Assembly: GCA_001949185.1 (NCBI GenBank)
Contig: BDGG01000001.1
Span: forward strand, 2,044,478-2,108,477
Reading direction: 5' to 3'
DNA length: 64,000 bases
Source of the DNA: Ramazzottius varieornatus
Lineage: Eukaryota > Animalia > Tardigrada
In this document: positions 59,034 through 64,000 of the stretch, one piece after another
Position numbering within the stretch: the first letter of the stretch is position 1
How the letters are laid out: every line of letters starts with the position of its first letter
The notes under the pieces: model-generated
Seen by the model: the letters and a program-made list of their open reading frames with translations, nothing else
Told to the model about the DNA's origin: nothing
The model's database searches: none
Program-made: the position numbers and the translations under genes

Positions 59034-62000
59034 ATGGAGAAGAACAGACATTTACGGGAGCATGACCGTGAAAAGTCCGAAGAGGCTGCTCGTATCGTGA
59101 ATCTCGTTCGTTCTCTTGACCAGCTTAGCGTTCAAAGAGGAGCTCTGCTGCAGACATTCTCCAATTCCCTGGTAAGCAGTCGTCGACCTCCTATCGTATT
59201 TGTTACCATCAAATGTTCTGTGGAGATGACTCTCTGTCATCTACAGGCTGAATACTTGAACATTTCCCCTCGCGAGCTGGACAGTTTGGTTTCTTTGTCT
59301 CCTCCTGAAGCAGCACCGCGATCGCATTCCACATCGCCGGCGCCGGCGCCTCCTGCCGTAAAGCTTCTCTTGATAAACAATATCGCTTTGCAAAGGCAAA
59401 ATGCTCACGTTACGAGTAGGTCTACCCGAAGAACTTAAACGAAGCCAGTGCAGCGACAATAGCCACAAAGCGACCACTTTTTCAAGTTCATATGTTTGTC
59501 TTTTTCCCAGGTTCAACATTAGCGGACGGGCATATCGCGGTGTACTGCAAAGTCGATGGAGAAGAGATTCAGATCGGTCAGCTGCCTCTTTGGGTATCTC
59601 AGAAGTCTGGGAGTCTGGCCTTACGAGCTTCTCCAATAAAAAATTTAACGCGAGAAGATGAACGCGAAACAAAGAAACCTGAACCACAGTGTCTCTCGAG
59701 AGCAGGCACACATCTGCCCGAAACTAATGAAACAACGATCATCGAAAATGGGAAACCCGAAGAGCATCTTTCTCGAGGTACGGTATATAATAAGCACGCC
59801 GCTTGAACAAAACTGAAATTCTTCCATTTATGTGTTTTTGGTATTTTCAGCGCTTTCGGTCTTGTCGCGCTCGACCAGTACATCCGAAGGCGTCTTCTTA
59901 GCACTGCCTCCTCTGGCCGCGGATTCTGCTCAGCGCTATACGCTGGACGTTTCACTCGGTCCAACCAAGCAAGTCACCGATACGAGAGCTTCCGCTTCTC
60001 TAGCAGTGCTGGCGGGAACTTTCAACAGCAAGCCTGTGCTGAGAGAAGCGTGGAAAACGTCCATTACTGAACCTGCAGATAAGCTACCCGATACTCTTCA
60101 CCAACAAGGTTAGTGCTTTCTTTTCACTGTAAGAAGTACTTTTGTGGGCTCACGCGATGTCTTACTGTAGTAAAGACGAGTGCGGTGGAAGCAGCACAGC
60201 AACCTGTTGCTGAGAAGATCGCTCAGGGGGAACCCGGCAGATTACTCCTGGATGCCAAAGGTGCACCGAACAGTCCCCAGAGCAAGGACGACCGCCTGAA
60301 AGAAAAAGCAGAACCATGTTCAGTCAAGCTTACCTCCAGTCTGGCTGGAAAGACAAGCACGGAACATCGAACGGAGGATTGCAGCCTGATAACAACGTTC
60401 GGACAACGACGGCAGTTCTTCGGCTTGGAGACCGGCAAGCAAACCAAGCTGTTTACTTCTACCGGTTTGTACCTTTGCTCAGTCATAAAGGAAAACATAA
60501 GTCTATAGTATGACAACAGCATGGTCCAATTCTGTCGTCTACAGATGGGTCTTCGTCGGAAGAGTTTCACGATGCACCGTCCTCCCATCCGGCCAACTGG
60601 ACTTCCAATCGGTATGACGATCAAGGATACACCGACGACGAATACAGATCGACAAGCTTCTTCCCAGTTACGCCAGTGAGGAAGGCAGATTCTCCATCAC
60701 CGCCACCAGAGACTGTACCCATTTACAAAAGACTGCAAGAGGTGGAAACCGTGGAGTTGCCCGATGAATATTCTCTGGAGATAAGGAGAGGATCGTAAGT
60801 TACAGTTCTTTCTCTCTTTGCCCGTAGTTCGATTGAAACTTGTTTTTTCTCTTCAGAATTTACGAGGAGCAGCTGGCAAGCAGCGTGTCGGGTGACCAAT
60901 GGACTGTGCGAATACTGGCCATCGAAACTGGCAAGCCAGTAATCCATGCGTGGATTATTCCAAAGAACGCCGACTCTTCCATGCCGGAACAAGTCGAGAT
61001 CATGACAACTCGTTTAACATCTTTTTACAACTTGCACGATCCTCGAGAGATCTTTCGGTACGAGTAAGTTGAAGAAAATCACCTTTCAAAGTTTAGGGAT
61101 CGAATGTTTCAATTAGAAGCCGGGCAGGCAGGTTCGACCAGGTCTTTTCCCAAGTGGCGCACGTTTTCCGATAGAGTGGATGAAAGCATGCGCCACTTAA
61201 AAAGACAATCTGGTCGAGTTTGGTTGGTTTCTCAAATGGTGCATGTATTCGATGTTATAGGGTGGAAGCGTGCGCCACTTGGTAGAAACGATATGGTCGG
61301 GGTTTTTTTTGCCGCGCCCCCATTTTACTTACTCTGATTTTCTTTGTGGTTTTCCGATAGACCAATTCCAGGTCAAGCAGTGGCTGTTGGTCTCGAAGAT
61401 CAGATCTGGACGCGTGGTCTCGTCGAAGAACGCTTGATCAACGGCCAACTTCTGGTTCGGCTCATCGACCTCGGCGGTCACGCGTCCTTCCCTCCGTTCT
61501 CCAAGTTAGTTCAGCCTCTACACATCCAGTTCGCCGAACAACCGGCCATGATCTGGCGCGCACGGATTTCTGGCTTCCTGCCGACCAAGTATACCGAGCG
61601 GCAAGCAAGGATCCTCGAGCAGCTGATCGTCCAGAAAAGGCTGACGGCCATCGTGGTCGCGCTGGACCCAATGCCTATCGTCAGGCTCTATGATATGAGC
61701 AACGAGTTCAAGGTACCGGTCGAAATCCCGACGGTGGTGGTTAGTCACGAACAGAAGAAAAGAGGCGCTCATACCAAGTTTGGCGTCATCATCCACGTTC
61801 AGCCGACTGATGAGCAGTACCACTTCCTGCTGGTCGACATCAAAGAATTCTGGCTTCTTGAGGTAATCGACAAAATGTTTGAAAATCATAAACAAAAATA
61901 TACGTAGCAAATCATTAAATGGGAGCTCGACAGTCGGCGAACGCACGTAGGCACTCTACAAAATCACTTTCCAAGTGGCGCACACTCTCAGCTTGTAAAA

Positions 62001-64000
62001 CCGAACACGTGCGCTATTTAGGAAGACTACTCGTATCTCTTAGAGTTTGTGCCGAGCCTTCCAGTCGTCGACGAAGTTTACGAAAGAGAAGTTGCACTTC
62101 GCGCAGATGGTTTGAACAAACGAGAACTAATTGATTTTGAAAATTGAAACGAAAAAAGCATTTCTTTTTGAGAAATATAAATAAAAGCATTCGCTAGAAG
62201 CTTTGAGAAGTTGCACAAAGCGGGCGAGTTTGAGAAAAACGATGGGACAAACGACCGCTGCTGGTCATGGTGGTTTGTTCGGCAGTAATTAGCCCACCAA
62301 ATTAGAAAAGAGCCGGCTCGAATGCAAGTCTGATTGTCCGGAATGGAAGCCCTGTGTTGCCCGGGCACCGATTACGCTTCCCAGTGCTTCGGGCCAGCCA
62401 TGGCATTACTGACGGCAATTCGTTCATGGTTGAGATCTACGGGTGATTTTCTTCGTGATTCACGAACGAAGCCCCCCTTCGTTTCGTGAATCGCGAGGCG
62501 AATTACAAATCTTGAATGTTTAAACTTTTCTAAATGCAATCCTTTTGTCCAAACTGTCGTTTGTTCAAACTATCTGGGCAAAGTGCAACTTCTCTAAAGT
62601 GATAGTTCAATAACTAACCAACAAAAAAATAAACAACGAAGATTAAGAACCTGGTTGGTTGCAGTCGCTTCATCGGATGGTGCACGACGCAACGAGAGTG
62701 AAACTTCCCGTCAAACCGAAAGATCTAGTGGTAGCAGTTCCTGTAGGCGACACGTTCTGCCGAGCTTACTTTCTCGATCGTTCGTGTAAAGACCTCTCTG
62801 GCCAAGTGGCGGTCGAGCTGGCTGATTACGGGCGCAGCTACAGAATAGACACCAGCGAGCTGTATGGTCTGCCAGATGACGTGGCGAACCGACGAACCCC
62901 TAGCGTCATGTGCTGCTTGGAAGTCCCTTCGGATGCCGTGAGAGAAGACTGGAGTCACACGCGGGAAAGACTGAAGACGTTGGAAGGTACTGTGGTAGCG
63001 TATGCGATGGAGAAGACGTTGAAGAGAGAACGGATGTTGGTGAGAATTTGGGACAACTATGGGCAGCCGTTCTCGCTGGTCAGAAGGGACGGTGAGGAAC
63101 GAGAGGGAATACCAGCCGTGGCGGTGGCTGTGACCTATCCGGACTTTTTAAGGGCGGGCGTCATCGTCGAAATCATTCCAGTGCGTCTGATCAAAGAGTT
63201 TGACTGTCTAGAGACGCAATTGATAAACGACAGCAAGAACAAAGGCAAGCAATTTTTGAGAATTCTGACGATATTGGGAGATTGGGAAACTGACTTGAAA
63301 ACAGTGATTTCCTAAGTGGCGCAGGTTCTCATTGTTATGGGCTGCAACCGCGCGCCGTTCGAAAAAAGAGTTTTGTCAAGTTGGTTGCCAATCTCCCAGC
63401 TGACCTGATGTTCTGGATTTTCGTAGACAGGGAAATGGAAGAGCTGACAATCGAACTAGGTTTGGATCTAGGAGATGAATACAAAGAGCCGCCAGCTTTG
63501 GGCTTTGTAGTCAGAGTACTATCCACAAGTAAGTTCGTTCCCCGCTCCACCTTATGTTGCTCCATCATCCGTGTCATGCAACACAAAGTACTTGAGCGAA
63601 CATTTCATGTGTTGCGCAGGCAGGGAATGGCGTCGCGGGATCACGGCTGCTCAGGACGATGATAAGCCCGACCTCTTTCTGATCTACCATTTGGACTTTG
63701 GGAAGTACGAGTGGACGCCGCTGGGTAACATACGGCCCTTGCCAGTCGAGCTGGTGTATCCGGTAGCCAGATCTTTTCCTATTATCCTTCAGAGTAAGCG
63801 CATCATTGCACCTCTTACTCGTCCTTCAGCTGGACGATAGAGTTGTCAGATTATGGTTTTGTGGAATTCCAGGGCCGTTTTCAGTCCAAGTCTCGTTGCA
63901 GGTGTGACCATGTCGTACGGCTCCTTCCATCCTAAGATACTACTCGAACCAGAGGGAAAGAAACTGCTCGGCCAAAAGTGTAAGTTTGAGGTGACAAAGG
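59034..64000 (+). CDS. Multi-Tudor-domain protein (TDRD-like), runs off the window end
   Basis: At least three extended Tudor units: PGQAVAVGLEDQIWTRGLV..VRLIDLG; PKDLVVAVPVGDTFCRAYF..VELADYG; LGFVVRV..EWRRG..IYHLDFGKYEWTPLGNIRPLP. Confidence 0.8.
61115..61218. repeat. Palindromic element copy P18 (core 61152-61198)
   Basis: tcgaccaggtcttttcccaagtggcgcacg...catgcgccacttaaaaagacaatctggtcga; Tudor gene intron. Confidence 0.9.
61221..61320. repeat. Palindromic element copy P19 (core 61234-61280), abutting P18
   Basis: gtttctcaaatggtgcat...gtgcgccacttggtagaaacgatatggtc. Confidence 0.85.
61961..62025. repeat. Palindromic element copy P20 (core 61973-62019)
   Basis: ttccaagtggcgcac...gtgcgctatttaggaa; intron 61863-62664. 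Confidence 0.8.
62085..62595. mobile_element. 511-bp MITE with 39-bp TIRs in Tudor gene intron
   Basis: agagaagttgcacttcgcgcagatggtttgaacaaacga / tcgtttgttcaaactatctgggcaaagtgcaacttctct (36/39 match); internal hairpin 62451-62507. Confidence 0.88.
63276..63397. repeat. Palindromic element copy P21 (core 63314-63360)
   Basis: gggagattgggaaactgacttga...aagtggcgcag...gcgcgccgttc...tcaagttggttgccaatctccc; in GC-AG intron 63245-63426. Confidence 0.85.

Noticed and set aside
2765-63397. Reading the palindromes as a CRISPR array, integron attC sites or bacterial REP elements
   Set aside because: The context is eukaryotic and intron-rich; copies are dispersed, not arrayed; no cas, integrase or RAYT gene is present; the spacers are homologous to each other rather than unique.

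Overview
Gene-dense eukaryotic genomic DNA with many short (about 55-90 nt) GT-AG introns. It comes from a compact-genome, chitin-making invertebrate; a eutardigrade such as Ramazzottius is my inference, not proven. About 18 spliced protein-coding genes are recognisable: two receptor guanylyl cyclases, a frameshifted TMEM151-like gene, a LEA-like 11-mer-repeat protein, carboxypeptidase E, an FSIP2-N-domain protein, a divergent FMR1/FXR, COG6, CFAP90, a GCPII/NAALADase, three paralogous CBM14 chitin-binding proteins with different low-complexity tails, an RNF115/126-like RING-H2 ligase, a multi-Tudor protein and several orphans. There are also two TIR MITEs and a probable Ty3/gypsy relic. The most striking signal is non-coding: a dispersed ~123-bp palindromic element with 21 copies, about 1 per 3 kb. 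Its hand-built consensus is GGGACGTCGGCAAATGACTTGAACCAGATCGTTTTCCC-AAGTGGCGCAC-[25 nt]-GTGCGCCACTT-GGGAAAACGATCTGGTTCAAGTCATTTGCCGACGTCCC. It lies almost only in introns, keeps a 47-bp core in 18 of 21 heavily diverged copies, and shows copy-specific complementary changes in both arms. Gene boundaries were assembled by eye and are approximate.
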